Below, piece by piece: positions 36,843-53,971 of a DNA stretch of 64,000 nucleotides. The stretch comes from Haliangium sp. (GTDB lineage: Bacteria; Myxococcota_A; Polyangia; Haliangiales; Haliangiaceae), in NCBI RefSeq assembly GCF_050304635.1, contig NZ_JBNLDX010000012.1. One strand, 5' to 3'. A model generated the notes under the pieces. The model was not told the origin of the DNA. It saw only the letters and a program-made list of their open reading frames with translations, and did no database searches. Numbering within the stretch: the first letter of the stretch is position 1; every line of letters begins with the position of its first letter. A program made the position numbers and the translations under genes.

Positions 36843-37967
36843 TCACTGCGTCGAGGCGCGCCGGCGCTCGAGCTGGTGCACGACCGCGTCCATGATGGCG
36901 CAGCGGAGCTCCCTGATCCCGGTCTGCTCGCGGCTGGGGTGGACGCGGTTGGTGAGCAGCACGACGTAGCGCCCACGGCTGGGGTCGAGCCACATCGAGG
37001 TGCCGGTGAAGCCGAGGTGGCCGACACCGTCTCGGGGCCAGGCGACGCCGGCGTGAGAGACCCCGGGCACGGGCGATGGAGTGTCCCAGCCCAGCCGCCA
37101 GGTGGTGTCGGGCGCGCTCGCGGTGGAGAAGAAGCGCCGCACGACCTCGGGCTGGAAGCCGCCGATGGCGTCGCCGGCGGCGGTGAGGGTGAGGGCGCGG
37201 GCGAAGCGGGCCACGTCGCCGGCTGGGGCGAACAGGCCCGCGTGTCCAAAAATGCCCCCGCCGGCGTGGGCGTTGTCGTCGTGGACCTCGCCCACCACCA
37301 GGCCGCGGTAGGGGCACTGCTCGGTGGGCGCGATGCGTCGATCGGCGCGTACACGCTTGGCCTGGGCCGGACGTCCCAGATCCACGAAGAAGGTCGAGTT
37401 CATCTCCAGCGGCTCGGTCACCAGGGCGCGTACGACCTCGTCGAGGCGCTGGCCGGTGATGCGCTCGATGGCGAAGCCGAGCACGATGTAGCCGAGGTCG
37501 CTGTACACGCTACGGGTGCCGGGCGCGGCCTCGAGCTTGGCGCCGGCGGCCATCTTGAGCAGAGTGGTGCGGCGCGAGCGGGCCCCGGAGCGGGCCCCAC
37601 GCAGACGCTCGTAGAAGCAGCGGTGGGCGGGCAGGCCGCTGGCGTGGCCGAGCAGGTGGGCGAAGGTGATGTGGGCCCCGGCTTTGCCGAGCTCGGGCAC
37701 ATGAGGCCGGACCGGTGCGTCGAGATCCAGGTCGAGCTTCATGAGCACGGCGGCGGTGGCGATGGGCTTGGTCAGCGACGCCAGGTCGTAGACGGTATCG
37801 GCGGTGACGTCGAATACGTCCTCCTCGGGCCCGAAATGGGAGCGGCCAAAGGGGATGGTGGCGACGTCTTCGCCCTCGTCGCCGTATACCAGCACGCCGC
37901 CCGGGGTGACGCCGGCCTGGTCGGTGGCGGAGCGACGAACACCTTGACGTAGGATCCGATATAACAC
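36843..37967 (-). CDS. Beta-lactamase-family serine hydrolase (class C/PBP4*-like)
   Basis: SxxK active site YDLASLTKPIA. YSDLGY (YxN-like). HAGG near C-terminus. Typical length 374 aa. Confidence 0.8.
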   Translation of the reverse strand: MLYRILRQGVRRSATDQAGVTPGGVLVYGDEGEDVATIPFGRSHFGPEEDVFDVTADTVYDLASLTKPIATAAVLMKLDLDLDAPVRPHVPELGKAGAHITFAHLLGHASGLPAHRCFYERLRGARSGARSRRTTLLKMAAGAKLEAAPGTRSVYSDLGYIVLGFAIERITGQRLDEVVRALVTEPLEMNSTFFVDLGRPAQAKRVRADRRIAPTEQCPYRGLVVGEVHDDNAHAGGGIFGHAGLFAPAGDVARFARALTLTAAGDAIGGFQPEVVRRFFSTASAPDTTWRLGWDTPSPVPGVSHAGVAWPRDGVGHLGFTGTSMWLDPSRGRYVVLLTNRVHPSREQTGIRELRCAIMDAVVHQLERRRASTQ

Positions 37968-38037
37968 GGCGTGAACCTAACTCTCTCTGGCCTGGGTTCC
38001 AACAGTCGTGCGCGGCTGTGATACGCTGCGGGCGGTC

Positions 38038-40080
<2,043 letters not shown>

Positions 40081-40168
40081 CGTCGACCGCGGGCATGGGC
40101 TCGAACGCGCCGCAGGGCAACCGCCGCAGCGAGTCTACGTGGGCGACCGCGGAAATGCGCCCGCAGGC

Positions 40169-40735
40169 TCATAGGTCGAAGTTGTAGCGGCCGCAGCGGA
40201 TCTCCATGATGCGCTGATCTTGCGGGATCGCGGCCTCGTAGTAGCGCCGGGCGACCTCGGCTTCGCCGAGTGCGCAAGCGGCGACTACGATCACACGCTG
40301 AGCGTAGCGGTCGTTGGGGTACTCGCGCAGGTGCTGGGTGGCGTTGTCGAGCGCGCCCTCGAAGTCCCCGCGGTCATAGGCGGCCCGCAGCGTGTCTTGC
40401 GACGCCTTGCGCAGCGGCTGGTCGGGAGAATTGATCGCCGGCCGCCGACGCTCGCTGTCGCCGTCGTCCTCGCGCTCGTCCTCGCGCTCGGCGCTCGTCG
40501 GCGACGCTGCCTCGGTGGAGCGGGTCGCGGCCCGGCGGGTGGTCGTGATCGGGCGGCTTGCACGGGGGCGCGGCGCCCGCGCGGCCTGGGTTCGCTGGTA
40601 GCGCGCGCGGGCTTGCTCGAGCTCGTCCGGCGGTACGTCGATGTCCGGCGTCGCTCGAACCTGTACGAACAAGATCACCAGGGCCCCCAATACGGCGGCC
40701 GTCGCGACACTGAGCGCAATGGTACGGAGCTGCAT
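40169..40735 (-). CDS. Small N-terminally membrane-anchored protein with C-terminal TPR-like helical domain
   Basis: TM helix LSVATAAVLGALVILFV. Acidic low-complexity linker. C-terminus AAYDRGDFEGALDNATQHLREYPNDRYAQRVIVVAACALGEAEVARRYYEAA (TPR-like). Convergent with the kinase at 38038. Confidence 0.45.
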   Translation of the reverse strand: MQLRTIALSVATAAVLGALVILFVQVRATPDIDVPPDELEQARARYQRTQAARAPRPRASRPITTTRRAATRSTEAASPTSAEREDEREDDGDSERRRPAINSPDQPLRKASQDTLRAAYDRGDFEGALDNATQHLREYPNDRYAQRVIVVAACALGEAEVARRYYEAAIPQDQRIMEIRCGRYNFDL

Positions 40736-40864
40736 GGGCGTCTTCTCTCGGCGAGCCGGAGAGGTTATAGCACGCGCCGTAGGACGCGAAAGTGCGTGCA
40801 GCCGGGCGCGAACGCGGCGCGCTGGCCGCCGGAGGTCGCGCCTCGCGCTTCTGGATGGAAGCCG

Positions 40865-41959
40865 CTAACGCTCGAACGGCTGTTCGGGAGCCGCCTCTGC
40901 GGCGGCGTCGTCGAGGTGCGCGAGGTAGGTGTCGCCCAGGGCCACGGTGCCCGCCATGCCGCCGTTCTCACCGAGGATATAGGTCCGCTCCTTGGCGACG
41001 CCGACCTGCTCGTAGGCGTAGATGTCGCTGCTGGCGTTGCCGTAGGCCAGGTCGATGGTGAAGCCGAGGTCGAGCACGGACTGCAGAAAATCGGCCTTGT
41101 AGTCGCCCACCGCGCTCTCCGACGGCCACGAGTCGGCGACCTCGTCGGTGAGGTGCACGGTGCCGCCGGGGAAGCTCAGGTCGTCGAGCCAGCCGCGGGT
41201 GAGGGCGTCGAGCAGATAGGGCCGTCCGGTGAGGTAGATGAGCTCGTAGCCCTGCTGGTGTCGTAGCGCGGCGATGTCGTGCGCGCCGGCGCGGGCGTCG
41301 GGCGGGGCGACGATCCCGGTCAGGATCTCGGCCACGATTTGCCCCACCAGTTCGCTATCGCTGGTGGTGAGGGTGGCGTCGATGTCGAACACCACGAAGT
41401 GGGTCCCGGGCGGGTACACGCGCAGCACCGAGGCGGCCGTGCTGTCATCGCCCATGACTCGGAACACCAGCCCGTAGACGCCCGCCGCGGGCACCTCGGC
41501 GCTGCTCAGGGGCAGGCCGATGCGGCCGTCGGAGTTGCTGACCTGCTCGCCCAGCTTGCGATAACCCCCGGCGCAGTCATCGATCCAGACCTCGATCCGC
41601 TCGCCCTCCAGATCCTTGCTGATGTCCCCGTACGAGAACTTGCCCGCCAGGTTGGTGTCGTGTCCGGTCGCGGCGATCACGTCCTGGGCGCTGTGCCACG
41701 GGTCGGCGAGGGTGATGACGTCGTTCAGTGGGTTCGACCAGTCCACCTGGGGCAGATCGGCAGGCATCACGCCGTCCATGCAGGTGCGGAACCCGACCGT
41801 CGGCGGCACCTGCGCGTCCGGGGGCGACGGCGGCGGGCCGGCGTCTGGGCCTGATGGCGGGTCGGGCGGGTCGCCGCCGGGGTCGTCAGGGGTGGCCATG
41901 CAGCCCAGGGCAGGAGTGAGCAGGAGGGCCATCGCGGCCAGCCGAGGGGAGGACTTCAT
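40865..41959 (-). CDS. HAD-superfamily (LNS2/App1-like) phosphatase lipoprotein
   Basis: ORF trimmed to MKSSPRLAAMALLLTPALGC (lipobox). FVVFDIDATLT (DxDxT nucleophile motif), YLTGRPY, GNASSDIYAY consistent with HAD motifs I-III. Confidence 0.6.
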   Translation of the reverse strand: MKSSPRLAAMALLLTPALGCMATPDDPGGDPPDPPSGPDAGPPPSPPDAQVPPTVGFRTCMDGVMPADLPQVDWSNPLNDVITLADPWHSAQDVIAATGHDTNLAGKFSYGDISKDLEGERIEVWIDDCAGGYRKLGEQVSNSDGRIGLPLSSAEVPAAGVYGLVFRVMGDDSTAASVLRVYPPGTHFVVFDIDATLTTSDSELVGQIVAEILTGIVAPPDARAGAHDIAALRHQQGYELIYLTGRPYLLDALTRGWLDDLSFPGGTVHLTDEVADSWPSESAVGDYKADFLQSVLDLGFTIDLAYGNASSDIYAYEQVGVAKERTYILGENGGMAGTVALGDTYLAHLDDAAAEAAPEQPFER

Positions 41960-42179
41960 ATGCGATCCTTTCGGGAACAATGGCGGCGTCATCTGCTCCC
42001 GGTATTCAGCAAACCCCGTGCCGCCTCTGCCGGGCCCAGAGCGCGCATACTTCCATGTCTGCACGGGGGTCGGCTGTGGCCGATGTACCTCAGCCTGTGA
42101 CGTGGATGTCTCGCCTGCACCACGCGATGCGGTCGACGGTCGAGCCCTCGGCGTCGAGATCGCGCGATCGCCGCGGCGC

Positions 42180-45857
<3,678 letters not shown>

Positions 45858-46119
45858 GGGGCGGGTTCCAAGAGCCCAATCCGGAAATACGACCAGAAGT
45901 GACGATCTTTCTCCTATTGCCGCGCCGACAGGGGACGGCCCGCCGCGACACGGTCGGCGCCGGTAGCCGGGATCGATGGACGGCCCGCTCGCTCGTGCCG
46001 GAGTCGGCGCCACCACTGCGTCGCCCCGCGAGCGCCTGCCGCCGCCAGCGCTGGTTGCCCCGGCGGCGCCGCCGATGCGCCCCTTCCGCGCCCTTGGGCG
46101 CTCGTGCTAAACGTGGCTC

Positions 46120-48102
<1,983 letters not shown>

Positions 48103-48196
48103 GCGCCGCGCCCATCGCGGGATCCGCTCAGGTGTCCCAGCTCGGCCACGGGCCGGGCGCGCTCCATCTTCGTCACCGTCACGTCAGAGGAACCCA

Positions 48197-49345
48197 ATGC
48201 ACTATCGACCCCTCGCCTCGTCTTCGTCGCGGCCCGCGCCGGGCCGCCGCCCGATCGTCTCCGTCCCCGCCGCCGCGGTCGCCCTGTGGGCCGCGCTGCT
48301 GTGCTCGGCCGCCGGCACCGCCCAGGCGGCCGAGATCCATGTCCACTACGACACCGGCTTTGGCAACTTCATCAGTGTGCGCGGCAGCGGCGCCGGGCTG
48401 AGCTGGAGCCAGGGCAGCGGCGCCACCTGGACCGCGGGCAACGACTGGGTGCTGACCACCCCGGCCTCGTCCGGCGGGTTCGAGTTCAAGCCCCTGTTCA
48501 ACGACAGCCAGTGGTCCGTGGGCGCCAACTACGTGGTCCCGAGCGGCGACAGCGTGGTCCACGTGTATCCCTTCTTTGGGCCTGCCCAGGGCAGCCTGCA
48601 CACCATCTCGGGCTTTTTTTCCCAGAACATGCAGGACAGCCGTGACATCACCATCTACCTGCCGCCGAGCTACACCGAGAACGCGGCCAAACAGTACCCG
48701 GTGCTGTACATGCACGACGGCCAGAACCTGTTCCACGACAGCGAGGCCTTCGGCGGCGTGGCCTGGGAGGTCGACGACACCATCGACAGCCTGATCGCCC
48801 AGGGTCGCATGCGCGAGGTCATCGTGGTCGCGGTGGACAACGACGCCGACCGCATCTCCGAGTACACCCCCGTGCCCGATCCCGACTACGGCGGCGGCAA
48901 TGGCGAGAGCTATCTCGACTTCTTGCAGTTCGAGCTCAAGCCCTTCATCGAGGCCAACTACCGAGTCCTCACCGGGCCCGCGAACACCCTCATCGGCGGC
49001 TCGTCGCTGGGCGGCCTGATCAGCTTCTGGGCCGCGTGGACGCGCCCGCAGGTGTTCGGCACCGCGGTGTGCATGTCGAGCAGTTTCTGGTGGAACGACC
49101 GCTTCCTCATCGACACGGTGGCCGGCCACACCGGCGCCAAGGTGCCGGTGGTGCTGTACATCGACGCCGGCGGCCAGAACGACGGCGCCACCAACACCGC
49201 CGACATGCGCGACACCCTCGAGAGCAAGGGCTACGTGCACGGCGCTGACCTTTTCCACTGGTTCGAGCCCAGCGGGGCCCACAACGAGGCCTCGTGGGAG
49301 GCCCGCTTTTACGTCCCAATGGAGCGCGTGCTGCCCTTTCAATGA
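48197..49345 (+). CDS. Secreted esterase (esterase D/enterochelin-esterase-like alpha/beta hydrolase) with N-terminal Ig/CBM-like beta domain
   Basis: ORF trimmed to MHYRPLA (GAGGAAC Shine-Dalgarno). Signal peptide. N-terminal beta domain (HVHYDTGFGNFISVRGSGAGLSW...). YPVLYMHDGQNLF and GGSSLGGLISFWAAW (GxSxG nucleophile). Confidence 0.8.
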   Translation: MHYRPLASSSSRPAPGRRPIVSVPAAAVALWAALLCSAAGTAQAAEIHVHYDTGFGNFISVRGSGAGLSWSQGSGATWTAGNDWVLTTPASSGGFEFKPLFNDSQWSVGANYVVPSGDSVVHVYPFFGPAQGSLHTISGFFSQNMQDSRDITIYLPPSYTENAAKQYPVLYMHDGQNLFHDSEAFGGVAWEVDDTIDSLIAQGRMREVIVVAVDNDADRISEYTPVPDPDYGGGNGESYLDFLQFELKPFIEANYRVLTGPANTLIGGSSLGGLISFWAAWTRPQVFGTAVCMSSSFWWNDRFLIDTVAGHTGAKVPVVLYIDAGGQNDGATNTADMRDTLESKGYVHGADLFHWFEPSGAHNEASWEARFYVPMERVLPFQ

Positions 49346-49423
49346 CGGCTGCGCGCCCGGCGCGCGGCTGTCCCGATTGGTCTCGCAGGTCGCGGTGTTG
49401 CCCGGAAGCCTGGCGGCCGCGTT

Positions 49424-52400
49424 ATGCTCGCGTCCGTGCCTGCGGTCCTGGTTCTCGTCCTCGTGCTGGTGCTCGTGCCGGTCGCCCCGGTTGGGGCCGC
49501 GCCGGCGTCAGCGCCCGCCGACGCCGGCCCCGATGAAGTGACCACGGCCGGCGAGACCGGGACCGCGGCCGGTGAGGCCGAGCCCGAGCCAGGCCTCGAC
49601 CCCAGCGGTGACGATCTGGAGGCCTTCCGGCGTCATCAGGTCGCGCTGCTCGACGGCAAGCTCGCGGTCGTCAAGCGCCAGCTCGAGGCCGTGCAGGGCC
49701 TGGACCCAACTCTCCCGGCGGTGCCGGCGCTGCTGCCGGGTGGCCTTGGGCTCGAGCAGGTGGTGGCCGATCTGCTCGCGGTCGGGCTCGGTGACGAGCC
49801 GCCCCCGCTCGATCTCGGCAGCGCCGACGCGGTCGACAGCTTCCTGCCGGTGCTCGATCGGGGCCGTCAGGGGCTCGCGGTCGCGGCCGCAGACGCACGT
49901 GCGGTGGAGGCGGCGGTGGTGGTCCAGTGGTCTGTACCAGCGCCTGTGGACGCGGGCCCAGCACCGGACCTCGGGCGCCGGCGCCGGCGCCCCGGAGCGA
50001 CCCCGGACGCCGGCGTGGCGAGCATCGACGCCGACCCGGTACCGCCGCCGCCGGTCGATGCCCAGCTCGAACGGGTTCGGCGCGAGCGCGAGTTGGCCGA
50101 GGCCCGCGTGATCTTGCTCGACGCCATTCGGGTCTACTTGGTCGCGAGCCAGCCCGCGCGTCGCGAGGCGGAGGCCCAGGACAGCGCCGAACGCGCGATC
50201 GCCGAGCGCGATCAGCAGGCCGAGCGAGCCCGGCGCGAGGCCGCCGCGGCCCGCCAGAGCGCCCTCGAAGAGCAGGAGCGGGCGGCGTCGCTGGCCGAGG
50301 CCTCGCTGCGCAAGGAGGAGGCCGCGATGCACGAGGTCGCCGAGCAGCTCGCCCGCTTCGAACGAGTCGTCGTGCTCGCCCGCGAGCGTGAGATCGGGCG
50401 CGAGCATGACCGTCTGTCCGCGCAGGAGGCCGAGTTGGCCAAGATCGAGCCCGCCGCCACGCGCTACCAAGACGTCCAACAGGCCCTGCTCGAGGCCCGC
50501 TTCGCCCTCGTCCCAGCGCGCTTGTTGGACCTACTCGCCGCCGCCCGCTGGCCTCGCCCGGCGCCGCCGGTGCCGGCGCCCCCGCCGGTGCTGAGCGAGG
50601 AGGTGCGCGAGCTGCCCGGCGAGTACCAGGCCGCCGTGACCGAACTCGAGCACCTGCGCGACCGCCTGGAGCGGGAGGCCGCGCGCAAGCGCGAGGAGGT
50701 GCGGGAGCTGTGGCGAGCCTGGGCGGCGCTGCGCTACCTCCACCTGGGCAAGCTGTACGCGCTGCGCATCGACACCCGGGCCCAGCTCGCGCCCGAGCAC
50801 GCGGCGGTACGGGCCCCGCTGTCGGCGTCCGCGACCATCGACGAGCTGCGCGGCGAGCTGGCCCAGGTCGTGATCGCGCTCGGCTACTGGGCCAGCCGCA
50901 GGCTCGACGCCGCCCGCGCCGGGCTCGGTCTGCTGCGCGACCTGAGCGTCATCGGCGAGCTGCTGTGGTGGCTGTTCGACATCGTCGTGATCGTCTTGCT
51001 CTTGCGCTTCTGCCTGCGCGGCTGGGACGGCTGGATGCAGCGCCTTGTCGAGTTCATCGGGACCACGCTCCCAGTGGGGCCGTGGACCCTCACGCTGGCC
51101 CGGCTGTGCGACTTCGCCCGCGCCTTCGGCCCCCCGCTGCTGTGGCTCGGCGCGGCCCGAGTCGTGTACTGGCAGCTTGGACAGGACCACGGCGACGCCG
51201 GCATCCAGGCCCCGCCCGAGGCTGAGGTCGGCTATCGACTGGTGTTCTGGGTGGCCCTGTTCCGGGCCCTCATGCACTTCATCGACCGCCTGTCCCGGTA
51301 CTTCGAGCAACGCGCCCATGAGCGCGCGCGCGAGTACGCCGAGCTGCAGGCGCAGGACAGCGCCTTCGCCGAGGAGCACCCTGGGGAGGCGTCCGACCAG
51401 CCCCCGCCGGCTCCCGAGTCGGCCCCGGTCCAGGTCCCGTGGCCGCTCCTGGCCCGGGCCTGGCGGATCCTCTCCGGCTACCTAGCGGTAGTCTTCATCT
51501 TGCTTTCGCTCGTCGAGTACGGCCTCGACCGCGGCGTGCTATGGACCCTGGCCACCCGCTACGCCTGGTGGGGCGGGGTCTTGCTCCTGGCGATCTGCCT
51601 GCATGTGTGGCGCGCCGCCATCGCCGACGTGGTCGCCGGCCGGCTGGCGCGGGAAGGTGCGCTGGCCCGACTCACCGCGCGCCACGGCCGGCGCCTGTAT
51701 GGGGCCGTGGTGAGCGCGCTGGCCCTGGTCGTGGTGCTGGCGCACCGCCTGGGCCTGTTCGTGCGCGACGAGGTCGCCGGCCTGGACGCCACCAAGCGGC
51801 TGCTGGCGTTTCTGTTTCGGCGCCGGGTCGAGAAGCAGGCGGCCGAGCGGGGTCGTGTGCTCGAACAGCCCCTGCCCCTGCCCGAGGCCCTGGTGGCCCA
51901 GTTCCCCACCAATGCCATCGGCCAGGCCGACCGCCCGGTCAAGCTCGAGACCCTGTCCGAGATCAAAGCCTCCTACAAGGCCTGGCAGAAGGATCGGGTG
52001 CAGGGCTCGGTGGTCGTGGTCGGCGCCACCGGCATGGGCAAGAGCACGCTCCTGGCCATGCTGGAGGGCGAGCTGGAGGCGCCGGTGCTGAGCGCCGAGA
52101 TCACCACCAAGTACACCCAGCCGCGCGCGCTGGTGGCGGCCTTGGGCGGGCTGTTGGGGCTGTCCCCGGCGCTCGCCGGCGACGAGGTGGCCGGCCCGCG
52201 CGTATTCACCGACGAAGACGAGCTGATCGAGGCCATCTGCGCCCAGCCCCCGACGATCATCGCCCTCGACGGGTGCCACAACTTCTTCTTGCGCCAGGTG
52301 GGAGGCTTCGCCGCCTGGGAGGCCTTCACCCGCATCGTCAACCAGAGTTGCGAGCAGGTCTTCTGGGTCCTCACCTTCAACGACGCCGCCTGGGACTACC

Positions 52401-52975
52401 TGCGTAACATCGCCGGCGGGGTGGCCTACTTCCGTCGGGTGGTCGAGATCGGGCGCTGGAGCGACGAGCAGCTCCGGCGCCTGCTGCTCACCCGCATGCG
52501 CCGGGCCGGCTACCGGCCCAACTTCACTGACCTCCTGGTCACCCGCATCGAAGGAGTCGAGACCCGAGCCCAGGTCATCCGCACGTCCCAGGGCTACTTT
52601 CGGTTGTTGTGGGACTTCACCGACGGCAACCCCCGGGTGGCCACTCACTACTGGCTGCGCTCATTGGTGCCCGACCCCGACAAGCCGCGGGTGCGGGTGC
52701 ACCTGTTCGCGGCTCCTCGCATCGAGGAGCTGGAAGAACTCTCGGACGACATGGCCTTCGTGCTCACCGCCGTGGTCGAGCACGAGAACCTCGACGCCGA
52801 CGAGCTGACCGCCGTGTCCAACCTGCCCGCCGACTTCTGCCGGTTCGCGCTCGATTACTGCTGCGAGCACGGCTACCTGCGTGAGGGCGGCGGCAGCGGC
52901 CGCTTCCGGCTCGCCACCCACTGGCAGCAGCCCATCATCCGCTACCTCAAGCGCCGGCACTTCTTGTACTCATGA
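49424..52975 (+). CDS. Large membrane protein: signal peptide + ~400-aa periplasmic coiled-coil domain + ~6 TM helices + cytoplasmic P-loop NTPase domain
   Basis: 1183 aa. Leu/Val-rich signal. Long E/R/A-rich heptad region. TM segments (LLWWLFDIVVIVLLL, LVFWVALFRALMHFI, LSGYLAVVFILLSLV, WWGGVLLLAICLHVW, VVSALALVVVLAHRL). Walker A VVVVGATGMGKSTLLAML. Walker B TIIALDGCHNFF. Stop overlaps the start of the MscS gene (ATGA). Confidence 0.7.
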   Translation: MLASVPAVLVLVLVLVLVPVAPVGAAPASAPADAGPDEVTTAGETGTAAGEAEPEPGLDPSGDDLEAFRRHQVALLDGKLAVVKRQLEAVQGLDPTLPAVPALLPGGLGLEQVVADLLAVGLGDEPPPLDLGSADAVDSFLPVLDRGRQGLAVAAADARAVEAAVVVQWSVPAPVDAGPAPDLGRRRRRPGATPDAGVASIDADPVPPPPVDAQLERVRRERELAEARVILLDAIRVYLVASQPARREAEAQDSAERAIAERDQQAERARREAAAARQSALEEQERAASLAEASLRKEEAAMHEVAEQLARFERVVVLAREREIGREHDRLSAQEAELAKIEPAATRYQDVQQALLEARFALVPARLLDLLAAARWPRPAPPVPAPPPVLSEEVRELPGEYQAAVTELEHLRDRLEREAARKREEVRELWRAWAALRYLHLGKLYALRIDTRAQLAPEHAAVRAPLSASATIDELRGELAQVVIALGYWASRRLDAARAGLGLLRDLSVIGELLWWLFDIVVIVLLLRFCLRGWDGWMQRLVEFIGTTLPVGPWTLTLARLCDFARAFGPPLLWLGAARVVYWQLGQDHGDAGIQAPPEAEVGYRLVFWVALFRALMHFIDRLSRYFEQRAHERAREYAELQAQDSAFAEEHPGEASDQPPPAPESAPVQVPWPLLARAWRILSGYLAVVFILLSLVEYGLDRGVLWTLATRYAWWGGVLLLAICLHVWRAAIADVVAGRLAREGALARLTARHGRRLYGAVVSALALVVVLAHRLGLFVRDEVAGLDATKRLLAFLFRRRVEKQAAERGRVLEQPLPLPEALVAQFPTNAIGQADRPVKLETLSEIKASYKAWQKDRVQGSVVVVGATGMGKSTLLAMLEGELEAPVLSAEITTKYTQPRALVAALGGLLGLSPALAGDEVAGPRVFTDEDELIEAICAQPPTIIALDGCHNFFLRQVGGFAAWEAFTRIVNQSCEQVFWVLTFNDAAWDYLRNIAGGVAYFRRVVEIGRWSDEQLRRLLLTRMRRAGYRPNFTDLLVTRIEGVETRAQVIRTSQGYFRLLWDFTDGNPRVATHYWLRSLVPDPDKPRVRVHLFAAPRIEELEELSDDMAFVLTAVVEHENLDADELTAVSNLPADFCRFALDYCCEHGYLREGGGSGRFRLATHWQQPIIRYLKRRHFLYS

Positions 52976-53967
52976 CCCAGCCCCAACCGCGTCTCCTCGT
53001 GTTCGCCGGCCGCCGACGCCGCGCCGGCGGCTCGCTCGCAATCTCCCTCGTGGGGGTCCTCGTCGGGATCTTCGCATGGGCCTGGCCGGCCCCGGCCCGG
53101 GCCCAGGAGTTGGCCGGCATCGACCTGGCCCGGCTCATCGAGCAGGTCAGCCCGGCCGGGCTGGTGGTGTCGCTGATCGTCATCGCCATCGCGCTGCTGG
53201 TACTCCGCTTCATCACTGGTCTGACCGACTCCCTGAGCAAGCGGTTCTCGGACCGGCGCCTGATGCTGCAGCAGATCAGCACCGTGCTTCGGTTCATCAT
53301 CTACGTGCTCACCAGCATCCTGGTGGTGAGCGCGTCGATTCGACTCGAGGGCCAGGTCCTGGTCGCGCTGGCGGTGGCCATCGGCTTCGCGCTCAAGGAC
53401 CTGGCGTCGTCGGTGCTGGCCGGCATCATCATCCTCTTCGATCGGCCCTTTCAAGTCGGTGACCGTGTCACCGTCGCCGGCCACTACGGCGAGATCCTCG
53501 CCATCGGGCTGCGCTCCGTGCGTCTGGTCACCCTCGACGACTCGCTGGTGACCATCCCGAACAATCGTTTTCTCACCGAAGCGGTGGTGTCGGGCAACGC
53601 CGGCGCGCTCGACATGCAGATCGTCATGGACTTCTACGTCGCCATCGACAGCGACCTGCGCACCGCCAAGCGCATCGTATACGAGGCGGTTCGGACCAGC
53701 CGCTTCGTCTACCTGGAAAAGCCAGTCGTAGTGCTGGTGACCGATATCATCGAGTCGTCCTACTTCGCGACACGGCTGCGTGCGAAGGCTTACGTGCTCG
53801 ACGTGCGCTATGAGAAGCTGTTCGCGTCGGATGTAACCGAGCGGGTCAAAATGGCGTACCTCGACCAGGGGATTCGCCCTCCCTCGGTGCTTCACCGCGG
53901 CACCGACGCCAGCCGCCAGGCACCTGCGCACCCGCCCGCGCCGGTTGCAAGTTCATCTCCCGAGTGA
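52972..53967 (+). CDS. MscS-family mechanosensitive ion channel
   Basis: Three TM helices followed by ILFDRPFQVGDRVTVAGHYGEILAIGLRSVRLVTLDDSLVTIPNNRF, the canonical MscS TM3/beta-domain signature. Translationally coupled to the upstream ATPase gene. Confidence 0.9.
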   Translation: MTQPQPRLLVFAGRRRRAGGSLAISLVGVLVGIFAWAWPAPARAQELAGIDLARLIEQVSPAGLVVSLIVIAIALLVLRFITGLTDSLSKRFSDRRLMLQQISTVLRFIIYVLTSILVVSASIRLEGQVLVALAVAIGFALKDLASSVLAGIIILFDRPFQVGDRVTVAGHYGEILAIGLRSVRLVTLDDSLVTIPNNRFLTEAVVSGNAGALDMQIVMDFYVAIDSDLRTAKRIVYEAVRTSRFVYLEKPVVVLVTDIIESSYFATRLRAKAYVLDVRYEKLFASDVTERVKMAYLDQGIRPPSVLHRGTDASRQAPAHPPAPVASSSPE

Positions 53968-53971
53968 GACA